Program-made: the position numbers and the translations under genes
NCBI GenBank assembly: GCA_965215885.1
Contig: CBDCEW010000081.1
Coordinates: forward strand, 12,527-76,526
DNA from: Candidatus Moanibacter sp.
GTDB taxonomy: Bacteria; Verrucomicrobiota; Verrucomicrobiia; Opitutales; UBA2987
DNA length: 64,000 bases
Reading direction: 5' to 3'
Notes under the pieces: model-generated
Seen by the model: only the letters and a program-made list of their open reading frames with translations
The model's database searches: none
Told to the model about the DNA's origin: nothing
Shown here: positions 16,978 through 27,382 of the stretch, piece by piece
Position numbering within the stretch: position 1 is the first letter of the stretch
Layout of the letters: every line of letters begins with the position of its first letter

Positions 16978-19351
16978 CAGAACTCGCTATCATGCGGGTT
17001 GGCGGGCAGGGGGCAATCGCAGATACAATTCCCGGCTTTTAAGAGCTAAAGAAAACGGTAGGCTTCATCTTCGAACCATCAAATTCGAAGAAAAATGGAG
17101 AAACCTACCGTCAAAGAAGAGACCTTCTTACAGTGCATCCTTGGAGTGGACAAGGGTAATCCCTCGATCACGGTCTATCGGGATCTGAGCGAAGGCAAAC
17201 TGCACGTCTATTACGGGCATGAGCTTTTTGAAGTCGTAGAGGACGATCGGGAGCAAGTTGAATTCAAGCTATTGGTGGGGCGCCTCTACAATGCGGGGTT
17301 GAAGAAAGGGCGCTTAGAGAAGCAATTTGAGGTTGACCCCAAAACGATGAAGCGGTGGGGGGAGGCGCTTCAAAGCGGAGATGCCGAGACCTTAGCGCGA
17401 GTGCTGGCGGGACGCAGCGCTCATCGCAAATTGACGAGGGAAATCCGGAGTTTTGTGCGGGTGCGCTTCGGGCAGATCTATGGGGAGAGTCGGTATGGCT
17501 ACAGCAAGAAGATACGGGGGGAGATCGAGGAGGTGTTCGGAGTTAACCTCAGTGGGGAAACTTTGCGCCCTGTCTTTAAGGAGCTTAAAGAGGCCCGGGC
17601 AAAGGAGGCCGAAGCCGAGAGGGCGCAAAATCGGGAGACTCCCTGGGATTGCCCGGAGGACTCGGGGAGGGACGAACAGGAGCAAGAAGCAGAAAATAGC
17701 CCCGAAAGCGAAGGGGACAATCGCAAGGAGTCTCCCGATTTTTCGAGGGAGAGCTCCGAAGCGGTGCAATGGTATCGGCACCTGGGAGTACTTCTGTTCA
17801 GTGCCGCGCTCAGAGAAGTCGCTCAGATTGATCGCGAAGAGGGCTGGCTTTTGAAACAATGGGTGGCTTGCGGGTTGTTGGCCGCGGTCAATATCGAGCA
17901 GAGCAAACTGCTCGATCTCGAAGACCTGCAAAAACTCATCGGGCGAGTCCTGTATACCCCCTATCTGCAACGCCAAAGCCTTAGCGCCCTGGCCGATGAA
18001 GGGCTTTTAAGAGAGATCCTCAGAGTGAACGCGAGGGGCCTGAATGCTTCGGATGAAGAGAGCTTTTATTATGATCCGCACACCAAACATTACACCGGAA
18101 TGAGCAAGGTGCTGGCGGGATGGTGTCCGGGTATCCGTCTGGCCGACAAAGCGCTCCACAGCGATTTTATTCATACCCTCAAGGGCTATCCGATCTATTT
18201 TGCGAGTACCGACAACTATGAGGATATAAGGGAACGGTTTATCCCCAACTGCGAAGCGATGCTCGAGCTGGTGCAGTTGCCGGCTGATAAGAAGGTGAGC
18301 ATTTACGTGGACCGGGCGATCGCCGCGGAGTGGTTTTACGAAGCCATCGTGGAGCATCCTCAACTCGAAATCATTACCTGGGAAAAAGGTTACAAGGCCA
18401 GCGCCCAGCCCCTCCAACGGATCGACGGGCAGTTGCGCCTGCAGCGCGCGCGCAACCATGCCGAAGATCTCCAGGAGTATCATCTTCGCTATCAGCGGGG
18501 CCCCTGGAAGAAAAATCCTCAACTGGTGCAGTGGATCGTGGAGGCGACCAATCCAAAAAATCGAACCATTACCGTGAGCATCCTGGCGACCGATCAGCAG
18601 GCCCGAAATGAAGAGGTAATCAAAGGGATGTTCAGTCGCTGGATTCAGGAGAATGACTTCAAATACCTCGATAAGCACTTTGGGATTAATCAGATCACCT
18701 CTTATCGCACCGTCCACTACAAGCGATTAGCCCAACACCTTGAGGACAAGCAGGAGAAAAGCGGTGCCGCCAAAGCCCTCCTGAAGCAAAAACAGCAATG
18801 CCCCGAAGAATTGAAAAGACTGCTCCTGGCCGAGCATGCCCACCCGGGCAAAAGCGCCTCAAGGGGCGAAAAGATCCGTCGACTCGATCAGGCCCTCAAA
18901 GCCCTCCAACTCGAACTGGAGCAAATCGACACCGAATGCTCGAGGCTGCAGCGCCTCATTGATGAAAACTATGTCCGCCTGGACACCGCTAACAAGTCCC
19001 TCATGGATGCCTTGAAAATCTTCGCCCGTAACAGCTTCTACAAGCAGCTCGAACCCTTTAAAGCTCGCTACAACAACTATCGTGACGACCACGATCTGTT
19101 TCGCAATTTGACTCACAGTGACGGCGTTCTTATAGAGAGGGGCTGTGCGGTCGAAGCGCATTTATTCCCCACCGCAACTTATCCCCCTCGGGTGCAGGCG
19201 GTGGTGCTTGAGTATCTGCAAACTCTCAATGAGAAGCCCTTACTGATGCCCGACGGTTCAGGCCGAAGAATCATCTTCCGACTGGGCAAAAAATCGGGAT
19301 TTAAACTTGCGATTGCATAGTGCCTTTAGAGGGGCAATATAGTGAGGTCTG
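16978..19351 (+). mobile_element. IS element, unclassified large DDE transposase, 5-bp TSD
   Basis: TIR CAGAACTCGCTAT / ATAGTGAGGTCTG; TSD AATAT at 16973-16977 and 19352-19356. Confidence 0.9.
17095..19320 (+). CDS. Putative transposase (741 aa)
   Basis: Sole long ORF between the TIRs; YYDPH, YVDRA and RWIQENDFK motifs; N-terminal HTH-like region. Confidence 0.82.
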   Translation: MEKPTVKEETFLQCILGVDKGNPSITVYRDLSEGKLHVYYGHELFEVVEDDREQVEFKLLVGRLYNAGLKKGRLEKQFEVDPKTMKRWGEALQSGDAETLARVLAGRSAHRKLTREIRSFVRVRFGQIYGESRYGYSKKIRGEIEEVFGVNLSGETLRPVFKELKEARAKEAEAERAQNRETPWDCPEDSGRDEQEQEAENSPESEGDNRKESPDFSRESSEAVQWYRHLGVLLFSAALREVAQIDREEGWLLKQWVACGLLAAVNIEQSKLLDLEDLQKLIGRVLYTPYLQRQSLSALADEGLLREILRVNARGLNASDEESFYYDPHTKHYTGMSKVLAGWCPGIRLADKALHSDFIHTLKGYPIYFASTDNYEDIRERFIPNCEAMLELVQLPADKKVSIYVDRAIAAEWFYEAIVEHPQLEIITWEKGYKASAQPLQRIDGQLRLQRARNHAEDLQEYHLRYQRGPWKKNPQLVQWIVEATNPKNRTITVSILATDQQARNEEVIKGMFSRWIQENDFKYLDKHFGINQITSYRTVHYKRLAQHLEDKQEKSGAAKALLKQKQQCPEELKRLLLAEHAHPGKSASRGEKIRRLDQALKALQLELEQIDTECSRLQRLIDENYVRLDTANKSLMDALKIFARNSFYKQLEPFKARYNNYRDDHDLFRNLTHSDGVLIERGCAVEAHLFPTATYPPRVQAVVLEYLQTLNEKPLLMPDGSGRRIIFRLGKKSGFKLAIA

Positions 19352-21098
19352 AATATCGAATTGATCCGTGAATATGTTCCAAAGGCGGTGGAACGAGCCA
19401 ACCGAAAGATTCGTGCCGTTCTTTTCGCTTCGGTCGAGGGTGGGGATTCGTTGCGTGTCGAGGCGGACTTATTCATCGACGCCACTTATGAATCTGATGT
19501 CGCCGCACTCGCAGGGGTGCCCTACCGCATCGGCCGGGAAGATCGCAATGAATACAACGAGATCTATGCGGGAAAGATCTGGGTGAAGCGGAGCGGGAAT
19601 GAGGCGAATTTTCTCCATGACAGCGATGAAGCATTACAGTGGCCGCGGGCAGCGCGTGCCGGGAAGCTCAATGTCCGGCCCTGGTGGGGAACAACCCAGG
19701 AGATTTTTTCGGAAAGCACGGGGGAAGGTGATGGGGGCGTTCAAGCGGCGAATTTTCGCGTGTGTCTCACTTCAGACCCCGAGAATCGCGTCGATGTTGC
19801 GGCGCCTGAGGGTTACAGGCGCGAGGATTTCTTACCCATCATCGAGAAGGATCCGGAGGGAGTGGAGTTATTTCCCCACCCCATCAAGTCAGGTCTCCTG
19901 AACTATCCGCTCGTGGCGTTCCCGGGAGTCATTCCGATTCCAGGAAAAAAGTGCGATTGGAACGCGGCCGCGATTCCCGGTGGTGTCGACAATTACCCGA
20001 ACGCTGATTGGGAAGGGCGCCGCGCCATTGTTAAGCGCTTCCGGGACTTCTCACTGGGATTGCTATATTTCCTACAAAACGACGAATCGGTATCCGAGAA
20101 AGTCCGCAGGGAGGCGAATGTATGGGGACTGCCGAAGGATGAGTTTCAGGACAACGGTCACTTTTCCCATGAGTTTTACCTGCGGGAAGCGCGGCGCATC
20201 GTCGGGCGTTATGTCATGCGGGAAAGTGACGCTTGCATCGGCCGAGGATTGCGTCGGGCGCCGGTGCACAACGACTCCATTGCGGTGGCCGATTGGATGA
20301 TGGATTCGCACGACTGTTCACCCGAACGGATTCGGGGGGCGGAAGGCGATGGGTTCACCAGCCTTTCGGAATACACTCGGCCGGCGCAGGTTCCCTATCG
20401 GTCGCTTCTCACGAATGAGATCGACAATTTGATCATGGGATTAGGAATCTCCGCAACCCATGTAGCGTGGGGATCGGTGCGCGTAGAGCCGACTTTAATG
20501 CATATTGCCGAATCGGCCGCTCTAGCGGCCGTTTCTTCGCTGGAATTGGGAAAAGCACCTGCCGACCTGGACGTTTGTCTGCTGCAGCGCAGGTTGGTGA
20601 ATAGTCGGATCATGTTCAGCTTCTTCAATGAGTTCGACATGGCAACGAAGGAGCCGTGGGTGCAGGCCGTTCAATTTCTTGGAACGAAAGGTTTTTTCTG
20701 TGACTACTTTGCCAATCCTGATGAACCCTTGACATCGGCCGTCGGGCGGGTTTGGGCAAGGGCGTTTGGGTCGCTTCTCGACGTTGAGACTGATTCAGGC
20801 AAGTGGGCGCGTGCGGTCCATCAGGCGGAACGCGGGAATCCTAACGAAGAGATCACGTTGGCTAAATATCAATCATTGTTGAAAAAGGAGATGGAATATC
20901 GGGATCGGACTGAACGGACCGATGTTGCCCACGAAATTGAGGGTATGGAGTTGTCTCCTTTGGCTACCCTAACCAGAGGTCAGGCTTGTATGCTGGTCTG
21001 TCGTCTCCTGGATGAATGATGGCTACGTGTAGCAAGTTTGCCGCTATACGAGTCACACAAGTGATTGAACTGACGTTGTATAATGCTATCTTCGAAGC

Positions 21099-21482
21099 AT
21101 GAGCCAACCTGTAAGGCTTCCGGACGAGTTAGTTTTGGACGCGCGCCGGACTGCGAAAGTCACGGAGAGGTCGATTGCCGGGCAAATATCATATTGGGCA
21201 AAACTGGGACAAGCCATTGAGCCACACTTGGAGGGCGCCGAGGCGATTTCGTTGTCTCGCGCGAGTGCTGCCACGCCGCTCTCAGCTTGCTTTGAGGCGG
21301 TCGATTCGGAAGAGGGTCTGCAGCGTATACATGAGCATTTGAACGAACAACCGTTCCCGCACTACGAACCGGTGGAAGATAAACGGGGCTTTCTCGTACG
21401 CATAGAGGAAGACGGCACGCGAACGCTCGGCAGGTTTGTTCATCGCAGATTCGTCGAAGCTGAACAGGAAGCCGATGCATGA
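21099..21482 (+). CDS. ParD-like antitoxin family protein
   Basis: MSQPVRLPDELV..AR....RSIAGQISYWAKLG signature. Confidence 0.8.
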   Translation: MSQPVRLPDELVLDARRTAKVTERSIAGQISYWAKLGQAIEPHLEGAEAISLSRASAATPLSACFEAVDSEEGLQRIHEHLNEQPFPHYEPVEDKRGFLVRIEEDGTRTLGRFVHRRFVEAEQEADA

Positions 21483-21640
21483 TGCTTTCTCGGCAGCTTG
21501 ATCGGCGTCCGCTTCTGGTTTACGATAACAGTGATCTTGCTAAGCTCTTCCACTGTGGCGCCCTATTCGAAGGGGAAAGGATCGATCATATTGTGAGACC
21601 TCTACCGGAATGGTTCGTGCCGATCACAAGGCGTGTTTGA
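21479..21640 (+). pseudogene. Zeta-toxin-like/P-loop ATPase remnant (N- and C-termini only)
   Basis: 53-aa ORF coupled to the antitoxin stop: LDRRPLL joined to VYDNSDL...PEW; no Walker A. Confidence 0.55.
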
Positions 21641-21742
21641 CAGGATCGAGATGACTGACTGGAAACTTGCTTGCCGTATGGTAGAGCAGGTTTCCCGTAG
21701 GTCCACAATAGCTCAATTCGGTGGCAACTCCATCGAAATGCA

Positions 21743-21789
21743 CCCGCATTCCGCTACATGCTTCGATTCGGATCGTCGCGGAATGCGGG
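21743..21789. terminator. Hairpin between convergent genes
   Basis: CCCGCATTCCGC ... GCGGAATGCGGG. Confidence 0.4.
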
Positions 21790-21816
21790 AGCATTTCGTT
21801 CTACCTGCCACATGGT

Positions 21817-22560
21817 TCACTCTGCCGTGCGGCAGCCTGTGTCACTGTCCTCCGACAGCGCCTTACGAATTTTTTCGAGATCCTTTAGGTAATCACCGGA
21901 AATCTTCTTCAAATCGGGAGAAATCTGCTGGGCGATGATTACTGTCTGACAGTAAGTCTCAAGATTCTCCAATTTCCAGTAGGCCTGTACGATATCGCCG
22001 GACCAGGTAATGACGCCGTGATTGATCATGAGAATGGCGGAATGATTCCTACTGGTTTGGCCTATTACCTCTGCGTTTGCCGGTGTTCCAGGTGTCCGGT
22101 ATTCGGCGAGACCGATTTCTCCCAAAAAGATCTCCGCTTCGGGTGTCAGGTGTCGGGGCGGGGCCATACCGGCCAGAGCATAGGCAGTGGCGTGCGGGGG
22201 ATGGGCGTGGCAGCAGGATTTTGCAAGGGGTTGCATTTTCATAATTCCCAGATGCGTTAGAATCTCACTCGTCCTTTTGCGCGAACCCGCGAGTTGATTT
22301 CCCTCCATATCGACAAGACAGATATCCACAGGATTCATAAATCCCTTGGAAACAAGCGTCGGTGTGCAAAGAACGAAGTTATCGCCAACTCTGATTGTTA
22401 GATTTCCCCCGTTGCCATCGGTAAAGTTCCTCTGCCACATCCGGCGACCGATATCGCACATTTGCTTTTTTAACTCCTCAATTTCAACTGATTGGAAAAA
22501 GAGATCGATCTTCTCCTGTGCGGGCGAGTTCGTTTCGTCATTTGGCTCGGAAGGGTTCAT
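21817..22560 (-). CDS. Class II aldolase/adducin family protein (fuculose/rhamnulose-1-phosphate aldolase-like)
   Basis: GNGGN, TPT..SKG, TSE..TH, HAHPP and NHG Zn ligands; divergent from the rhamnulokinase. Confidence 0.88.
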   Translation of the reverse strand: MNPSEPNDETNSPAQEKIDLFFQSVEIEELKKQMCDIGRRMWQRNFTDGNGGNLTIRVGDNFVLCTPTLVSKGFMNPVDICLVDMEGNQLAGSRKRTSEILTHLGIMKMQPLAKSCCHAHPPHATAYALAGMAPPRHLTPEAEIFLGEIGLAEYRTPGTPANAEVIGQTSRNHSAILMINHGVITWSGDIVQAYWKLENLETYCQTVIIAQQISPDLKKISGDYLKDLEKIRKALSEDSDTGCRTAE

Positions 22561-22763
22561 TGCGGACAAGAATTCGGGGTCAACAGCGAAACCGCAATGG
22601 AAATCTCTGAGAGTTAACCCATGTTGAAAATAAAACTGGAATTTGGTGGAAGAGCTTCAATTATGCTCGCAATGCGGAAATCAGGGCCAAAATGTCACCT
22701 TCAAGAAAAGAGTCATACGCACTCTTTGCCAGTCTCAAGGTGGGGAAAAGATGAAGTGAGGTA

Positions 22764-24245
22764 ATGAGTGCGAGGAGAGTCTATCTTGCGGTTGATCTGG
22801 GGGCGGAGAGCGGTCGGGTTGTAGCCGGAGTTTTTGAGCACGATACGCTCACCCAGGAAACTATCCATCGGTTTCCAAACGGAGTGTACGAACACGGTGG
22901 AACGCTTAGATGGAACATCGGCACTCTCTTTGACGAAATCGTAAAAGGAATCGACTTTGCCGCCGAACGATTTGGAGACGATTTGATTTCCATTGGTGTC
23001 GACAGTTGGGGTGTCGATTACGCCCTGTTGGATGAATGTGGCGATCTTATCGAACTCCCTTTCCACTATCGGGACTCCCGAACAGATGGAATCTTGAAAG
23101 AGGTCTTCCAGCAGATTCCGGAGCTGGATGTCTTTATGGCGACCGGAATCCAGCCTCTTTTCCTGAATTCCCTCTTTCAAATTTACTCCGAACTGCGCAA
23201 GGGATCCAACGTCCTTCATCGCGTTCGCCGGCTGCTGTTCATCCCCGACCTGATCAACTTTTGGCTGTGTGGTAGGCAGGCAAATGAATATACGATTGCA
23301 AGCACGAGCCAGATGATGGACATGAGGACGAAGGCTTGGGCCAAAGAGCTTCTGAAACGACTCGATATACCATCCGAATTACTAGGAGATATCGAGGAGC
23401 CGGGTGAGATTCTGGGCCACCTGCTTCCGCAGATCCGCGACAGAACTGGTGCGAGCGCTCTAACGGTTGTTGCGGTTGGTGCTCACGACACCGCTTCCGC
23501 TGTGGCGGGCACTCCCTTCAGTAAGGAAGGGAAATGCTTTATCAGCTCCGGGACATGGTCCCTCATGGGCGTTGAGGTGACCGAGCCCATAATTCGAAGA
23601 GATGCTCTCGATTTTGGATTCTCCAACGAAGGGGGCGTAGCCGGCACCATTCGTTTTCTCAAGAACATCAACGGTCTCTGGATCCTTCAGGAGTGCAGGC
23701 GGAGGTGGGAGAAGCGGGGCGATAGCTTCACTTATCCTCAGCTCATGAAATTTGCGATTGGAGCACATCCTTTTTCCGCCCTGATCGAACCCGACCATGC
23801 ACCTTTCAGCAAACCTGGAAAGATGCCGGAAAAAATCGCAGATTTCTGTGAAAAAACAGGCCAACCTGACCCTGGAGAGGTTGGGTCGGTTGTCAGAGTG
23901 GCCCTCGAAAGTCTCGCCCTGAAATATCGGGAAGTCTTGGAGAGACTCGAACTCACGACCGGTTTTCGCTTCCCGACGCTCAATATTGTCGGCGGAGGTA
24001 GTCAGAATGAACTGCTCAACCAGTTTACCGCCAATGCTACCGGAAGAGAGGTAATCTGTGGTCCGGTAGAAGCGACATCGGCGGGTAACCTGATCATGCA
24101 ATTGATGGCCGACGGCGAGATTGATTCGATTGGAGAGGGTAGAGAGCTGATTCGAAGATCATCGGAGATGCGTATTTTCGAACCGAGGGACGAATCCATT
24201 TGGGATGATGCCTATGGACGGTACCTTGCGATCAAAGGCAAGTGA
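22764..24245 (+). CDS. rhaB: Rhamnulokinase / fuculokinase (FGGY family)
   Basis: LAVDLGAESGRV, GVDSWGVDY, HYRDSRT, HDTASAV, ISSGTWSLMG and FSNEGG. Confidence 0.88.
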   Translation: MSARRVYLAVDLGAESGRVVAGVFEHDTLTQETIHRFPNGVYEHGGTLRWNIGTLFDEIVKGIDFAAERFGDDLISIGVDSWGVDYALLDECGDLIELPFHYRDSRTDGILKEVFQQIPELDVFMATGIQPLFLNSLFQIYSELRKGSNVLHRVRRLLFIPDLINFWLCGRQANEYTIASTSQMMDMRTKAWAKELLKRLDIPSELLGDIEEPGEILGHLLPQIRDRTGASALTVVAVGAHDTASAVAGTPFSKEGKCFISSGTWSLMGVEVTEPIIRRDALDFGFSNEGGVAGTIRFLKNINGLWILQECRRRWEKRGDSFTYPQLMKFAIGAHPFSALIEPDHAPFSKPGKMPEKIADFCEKTGQPDPGEVGSVVRVALESLALKYREVLERLELTTGFRFPTLNIVGGGSQNELLNQFTANATGREVICGPVEATSAGNLIMQLMADGEIDSIGEGRELIRRSSEMRIFEPRDESIWDDAYGRYLAIKGK

Positions 24246-24647
24246 CAGAATTAAGAGCCCGTAGGACTCTGATTCCATCTGTGTTAGGCGTTATGCCTTC
24301 GATTACTGTCTGCCCCGGTCTTGTGCCCATAATTACGAAATTGGGTTGGAGAACCCAAAGTAAATGTTATTCAGGCACTTGCAAGATTCTATTGATTACA
24401 TAGTATGCCAGAATGGAGTTTCAACGATTGTTGTGTGTGGGTTCGTTAGAGGTAGAGAGCTTTTCCTGCAGGTTTGTTTTCAGTTAGAAACTTGTTGAGT
24501 ATTAATCAGTTACAAAAGCGCTTTGAACGGGGAGTTGATTTCTGGTGGCAATTGAGTAGAAGCGAAGGGAGCTGGAGAAAGTTGGTATTGGCATTGTATG
24601 TAAAATAAAGTTTGCAGTTTTGCCTCCTTTCCATACTGTGCCGGTGC

Positions 24648-25364
24648 ATGCAAGAAGAGCTTTCGCGTAAAGAGAGGGAGGTGGTCGAAGCGGTACGGCG
24701 GGATCGGGTAAGCACGGTGTGGAGGCTGATGAAGGAGCAGAGGGTGTCGCGGCGAACGGTCTATCGGGCTTTGCAAAAATATGGCCATTACTCCAGTTAC
24801 AATGCCAATTGTGGCTACCTGAGCTTGAAAGACATTCCGCGCTTTGACGGGGCCGGTTTGTGGCGTTTTCGCAAGGGGCGCTTTTCGCGCCACGGCACCT
24901 TGGAGGAGACCGTGGAGGCGGTGGTGGGAGCTTCGCTTTGCGGCTACACGGTGGCTGAGTTGGAGACCCTCCTTGGGGTACGGGTGCACAACCCCATAAG
25001 CGTGCTTTGTAGAAAGAAGCGGTTGAGTCGATACTATGAAGGGCGTCACTGCGTGTATGTCTCGGCCGGGGAACAGGGCGGGGCCGAACAGAAAAAGCGG
25101 CGGCAAGGGCGAAGAACAGCGGCACAAGTTCAGGCAGGGGACCCCGGGGGCGCTTTGCAGGCAGCTCCCGAAGGGCTCGAAACGATGGTCGTGATCGCTT
25201 TGCTGGTCGCCTGTATCGGCCATCCCGAGGCCGGGGTCAAGGAGCTTGTCGAGCTTATGCAAGAGCAGGGAGTAGAGCTGAGCGGGGAGCAAATTGAGCG
25301 GGTGATGGCGTTTTACTCGCTCAAAAAAAACCGGACCGATCGCGGTAGCGGAGCTGTTACATGA
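24648..25364 (+). CDS. IS ORF-A, copy 2
   Basis: Near-identical to 6948-7664; A8 run near its end. Confidence 0.7.
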   Translation: MQEELSRKEREVVEAVRRDRVSTVWRLMKEQRVSRRTVYRALQKYGHYSSYNANCGYLSLKDIPRFDGAGLWRFRKGRFSRHGTLEETVEAVVGASLCGYTVAELETLLGVRVHNPISVLCRKKRLSRYYEGRHCVYVSAGEQGGAEQKKRRQGRRTAAQVQAGDPGGALQAAPEGLETMVVIALLVACIGHPEAGVKELVELMQEQGVELSGEQIERVMAFYSLKKNRTDRGSGAVT

Positions 25365-25365
25365 T

Positions 25366-27174
25366 TTGCGGGCAGAGGCTGAACGGGCCCTGCAAACGGT
25401 GGGGGCTGTGCCTGCGCAAACGAGTTATCGCTTCGATGCCCGGGAGGACGAAGAGGGTCCTTCAGAGGTGCGCAAGACCCTGCGCCGCAAGGTGGTCAGT
25501 TTCTCCTATGGATGCTTCCAGGCGGTGGAAGTTGTGCGCGAGCAGGGGCAAGGGAGCCACCGCAACAGCTACCGTTCTGCTCGCCTGGAACAGATCGTGC
25601 CCTCGCATAGTCGCTACGCTTACGATCTGATTGCCTATGTGGGCAAGCGATGTTTGTGCGAAAGCGCCACCCTCAAAGAGGTGCACAGGGAACTGCGCGA
25701 GGGCCCGGGGCAGCTGCAGATTGCTCAAAGCAGCCTCTATGAGATGCAGCAGAAGTTTCTTTTTTATCTGGGTCGGCTGCACGCCGCGGCCGCTCCGGTG
25801 CTTAAAGATTACCTGAGCGCTCGCCCTTGCCTGCGCTGGCTGGTGGATGGGACCGTGGAACCGCAGACGCCGGTTTTCTTCGCTGTTCAGGAAGCCGACG
25901 AAGGGATCCTTTTGGGCAGCTGGAAAATGCCTTCCGAACAGAGCGAAACGATCAGTGGCTGTTTTGCCCGGGCTTTTGGCCAACCCCACCATGTCTATCA
26001 TGATTTAAGCGCTCAGATCAGCAAGGCCTGCGAGAGCGAAACCTTCCAGGCCCCCCATGGCGTCTGCCATTATCATTTCGCCCGCAATGTGGGCGAACAG
26101 CTTTATCGAAAACCCCAGCAGATGCTCAACGGGCGCTTGCGGCAATTGAAGCTCATGGAGCGCATGCGCGAGCAACGCAAACACATCACCGCAAAGCTCC
26201 GTGACGCCCTCCGTGAAAAACACGCCCTCGTCCTGGCCGATTTGCTCACCGCCAAAGCGCTCGCAGTGCCCTTCGATCCCACCCTTGCACGGGAACTGCT
26301 CATGGCCCTGCAATTGTGGATTTTGGATTATCCCTGCGACGGTCACCGCCAGGGCTTTCCCTTCGATCCTTACCTGCTTTATTGGCATCGGCGGGTCGTG
26401 CGCGCCCATGCCGCCCTGGAGCAGTGGCTTGCCCGCGCTCCTGCCAGTTGCTCTGTTCTGCGAAGCTTCTTTCATCTTTCGACCGGGTTGAAGCAGTATC
26501 TGGCTGATGCCCTCGTCATCGAAGCCGCTACTATCTATGAAAACGCTTTTTGCATTTTCAGCGCTTTGCGCGATGCCCTTTGGCTCAGCGCCAGCGGCCC
26601 CTGCCCTTTAAGCGACCCTTATCTGTTGCAAGCAGGACAAGCCGCTGAGCTCACCGAGGCTCTCCAGTTGCTGCGTGCCCAATATCGCCAAAAAGGCGCC
26701 TCCCTGACCAACCCCTCGAAAGCCAAACTCTACCGCACCGTGGTCACTCATCTGGACAAATACTGGCAGCGGCTGCTTCCCCCACCGGCCCATCCAGACA
26801 GCGTACGCACGACCAATGAGCTGGAAGGCACCTGGCGCACCTCCAAGCGCAAACGCCGTCAAACCCACGGGCGCAAAAATCTGACGCGCGACTTTGAAGC
26901 GCTCCCCGAAGAATACATGCTCCTGGCCAACTTACACAATCCCCGCTATGTGGAGCTGGTTTTAGGCAGTATCGATAATCTGCCCCAAAAGCTTGCCCAG
27001 GCTGCACAGAAAGCACCCCCCTTCAGTCACTGGCGGGCGAACAGAAAAACCCTCGCCGTGGGTCGATTGCCCAAAAAGCTCCTGCGAAAAGAAAACTTCC
27101 TTGAGGAACTCTTCGAAGTCTGTAATCGCCAGGATCAATCCTTAAACCCGCAACCCCATCGGATTGCCTCCTGA
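25366..27174 (+). CDS. IS ORF-B Mutator-like transposase, copy 2
   Basis: Matches copy 1 except ARAARAF to ARAF. Confidence 0.82.
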   Translation: MRAEAERALQTVGAVPAQTSYRFDAREDEEGPSEVRKTLRRKVVSFSYGCFQAVEVVREQGQGSHRNSYRSARLEQIVPSHSRYAYDLIAYVGKRCLCESATLKEVHRELREGPGQLQIAQSSLYEMQQKFLFYLGRLHAAAAPVLKDYLSARPCLRWLVDGTVEPQTPVFFAVQEADEGILLGSWKMPSEQSETISGCFARAFGQPHHVYHDLSAQISKACESETFQAPHGVCHYHFARNVGEQLYRKPQQMLNGRLRQLKLMERMREQRKHITAKLRDALREKHALVLADLLTAKALAVPFDPTLARELLMALQLWILDYPCDGHRQGFPFDPYLLYWHRRVVRAHAALEQWLARAPASCSVLRSFFHLSTGLKQYLADALVIEAATIYENAFCIFSALRDALWLSASGPCPLSDPYLLQAGQAAELTEALQLLRAQYRQKGASLTNPSKAKLYRTVVTHLDKYWQRLLPPPAHPDSVRTTNELEGTWRTSKRKRRQTHGRKNLTRDFEALPEEYMLLANLHNPRYVELVLGSIDNLPQKLAQAAQKAPPFSHWRANRKTLAVGRLPKKLLRKENFLEELFEVCNRQDQSLNPQPHRIAS

Positions 27175-27382
27175 CAACGACTCCAGTGCCCTCCCTCTGC
27201 TCCCCATTTTCTTCATGCTCTAACCAGAGAACTCCACGCAATTTGCGTGCCAACCGAAATTCAGAACGATGGGCACAAGACCGGGGCAGCCTCAAAACGC
27301 TAAATAGGTACCTAAGTCCGACAGATTCCTACCGTTAGCGAGAAGGGAAGGAGAGAGATCGAACTGGTTGACTCACGATCGT

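Larger units (their letters stand above)
16586..21019 (+). pseudogene. FAD-dependent oxidoreductase (FAD_oxidored type) interrupted by an IS
   Basis: N-part has VVGASPAGIVAA; C-part has FIDATYESD, YLREARRIVG, MDSH. Removing the IS and one AATAT restores ...ETNIELIREY..., a 684-aa ORF. Confidence 0.88.
24328..27271 (+). mobile_element. Two-ORF IS with Mutator-like transposase, copy 2
   Basis: Near-identical to 6628-9580 with a 9-bp in-frame deletion and a few substitutions; flanks are inverted (GGTCTTGTGCC / GGCACAAGACC). Confidence 0.9.
24275..27311. mobile_element. Second, reverse-oriented carrier element whose core is replaced by the two-ORF IS
   Basis: Left flank is the reverse complement of 9581-9631 (diverged); right flank is the reverse complement of 5023-5063. 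Confidence 0.7.
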
